This document shows, piece after piece, positions 62,784 to 64,000 of a stretch of DNA of 64,000 bases. Numbering within the stretch: the stretch's first letter is position 1; each line of letters opens with the position of its first letter. Source of the DNA: Thermodesulfobacteriota bacterium (lineage in GTDB: Bacteria; Desulfobacterota; Binatia; Bin18); assembly GCA_964291405.2 (NCBI GenBank), contig OZ219926.1, forward strand, positions 1,472,001 to 1,536,000, given 5' to 3'. The notes under the pieces are model-generated. The model was given only the letters and a program-made list of their open reading frames with translations. It was not told the origin of the DNA and did not search any database. Both the position numbers and the translations under genes were made by a program.

Positions 62784-62844
62784 GTGAGCCTTCTTGCTTA
62801 CTGGAATGCCATGACGGTAAAGGAATTTGCGGTCATGGCATTCC
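62730..62844 (+). ncRNA. Candidate structured small RNA / attenuator-like transcript
   Basis: Promoter followed by a GU-rich 5' end and three hairpins (62758-62771, 62775-62790, and a 13-bp perfect stem at 62803-62844). Confidence 0.45.
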
Positions 62845-62917
62845 CCCTCTACTCTCCCTGAGCGCTTTCCTTCGAGAGTCCATTCGTTCCATACACAGCC
62901 CAAGCCATTGTTTTCTC

Positions 62918-64000
62918 CTAGGTTTTTCGCAGCTTGCGTACATCACCGACTCGGACCGTGAGGCCGCTACGGTCGAAGTATTCCAGCAGGGGAATGGCAG
63001 TTTTTCGGCTAATACCGAGCAGGTCACGAAATATGGCCGCGGTAATTTCTCCGTGAGTCGCCACGTAGTCAGTCAGTGCCTCCTTCGCTTGACCTAGCAC
63101 TGTTCCACTGATGTAGAAATCCGGTATAATTTTGACCAGCGTGCCCCGTGACTCAAGCACCCCTAAGAAATCGTTCAGCCGCTTACGAGGAAGTTGTAGT
63201 AACTCCGCCAGCCCCTTCGTGTCCGGTGGGGTGAATTGTCCGTCTTGCACGAGCCGTTCGAGGCGAGCGGCGATGGCCTGCTCTTCCTGGCTCAACGAGA
63301 CAGTGTGGGAGGGCAGACGCAGCAGGCTCTCGTGGCGAACAACAATCCCCTCCGCAATAAGCCGTTCGGCCACAGCCCGAAAAATCTTGGGAGTCAGGCT
63401 AAACGGCAATTGGCTTCGCACCGACTCCATTTCCATCCCCTGAGCCAGCGGAGTCTGGGCGTGAAAGACGGTCAGCATCTTTTCGACGGCGGCAACCAAC
63501 CGCTGCCATTTTGTCGTAATGGAATAGGCTTCGGGATGCTGGGCATCGGGAAAAGGCAGAATCGCCTCATCGTTTGCAAGCAGGACAGTAATTTCCTCCT
63601 CCCGCGCATTCACCCCATGGTAAATCTCGTCCAGCCGGACGGCAAACTGCGGGCAAACTTCCAGATAGGCGTGGCAGGCCTCACGCAGGTCTAGGGTTTG
63701 CAGGGCATGCAAGCGTTCCGTGACCTGAGTTTCCGCCTTACGGTGGCGTTGGGCAAAAGGATTGACCACCACCCCGCCACCCAAGGTCCCCTGCGCGGTT
63801 TGATTTCGCAGCACGAAGTGGTCCCCGCGCAGGGCAACCAAGGGCTCCTGGGCGACAATTTGACACAGGGCTGTCGATTTCGGCGGCAAGACCTCATGCC
63901 CACCAAGCAAGATGATTTTTCCAATGACTTCTGCCGTGCCAAGATGAATGCGCACCCGCTCGTGGTTCACGACCTCGCGTCCCGCGCTCGGCCGAATTTC
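62918..64000 (-). CDS. selB: Selenocysteine-specific elongation factor, C-terminal part (5' truncated)
   Basis: Domain 3 GDHFVLR...TLGGGVV; winged-helix end FRDLLGISRKTAIPLLEYFD..G.T.RVGD.R. Confidence 0.93.
   Translation of the reverse strand, partial: EIRPSAGREVVNHERVRIHLGTAEVIGKIILLGGHEVLPPKSTALCQIVAQEPLVALRGDHFVLRNQTAQGTLGGGVVVNPFAQRHRKAETQVTERLHALQTLDLREACHAYLEVCPQFAVRLDEIYHGVNAREEEITVLLANDEAILPFPDAQHPEAYSITTKWQRLVAAVEKMLTVFHAQTPLAQGMEMESVRSQLPFSLTPKIFRAVAERLIAEGIVVRHESLLRLPSHTVSLSQEEQAIAARLERLVQDGQFTPPDTKGLAELLQLPRKRLNDFLGVLESRGTLVKIIPDFYISGTVLGQAKEALTDYVATHGEITAAIFRDLLGISRKTAIPLLEYFDRSGLTVRVGDVRKLRKT

Noticed and set aside
62781-62861. Selenocysteine readthrough of the micro-ORF UGA using the downstream hairpin as SECIS
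   Set aside because: The apical loop is about 39 nt from the UGA, farther than typical bacterial SECIS elements, and the extended peptide has no redox motif. Proximity to selB is not evidence.
62703-63097. Track ORFs 62703-62903 and 62732-63097 as proteins
   Set aside because: No good RBS, low-complexity products of the TGG repeat, and the latter overlaps selB antisense.

Overview
GC-rich bacterial window from a diderm bacterium; the gene content suggests a marine, delta-proteobacteria-like or Binatia-like lineage (inference, no search run). About 1-52 kb is a catabolic and accessory patchwork. It holds two Baeyer-Villiger-type monooxygenases, two Rieske oxygenase alpha/beta pairs, a P450, flavin and LLM monooxygenases, GSTs, an ATP-dependent lactamase pair with an aminotransferase, a RelE-type TA pair and a repeat-flanked two-component/LLM block. 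It also holds ectABCD with a Na+/solute symporter, a metal-homeostasis operon (HupE, DUF1636, cbiM remnant, COG0523, WD40), hpaB and a single-chain acyl-CoA carboxylase. tRNA-Ala(GGC) at 52.2 kb separates this from core envelope genes on the minus strand (selB, lolC/E, lolD, bamA, skp, fabZ, lpxA, lpxI, then a secreted YVTN protein). The strongest hidden signal is at 62695-62844: a perfect Fur-family palindrome overlaps a sigma70 promoter whose predicted start falls on the ATG of a 17-codon Trp-rich micro-ORF (MWWWLWWWIGPDWGTGS), followed by three hairpins. Other signals are a four-copy operator-like motif around the ect promoter, six single-base indels that hide a benB-like gene, and a cbiM deletion scar.
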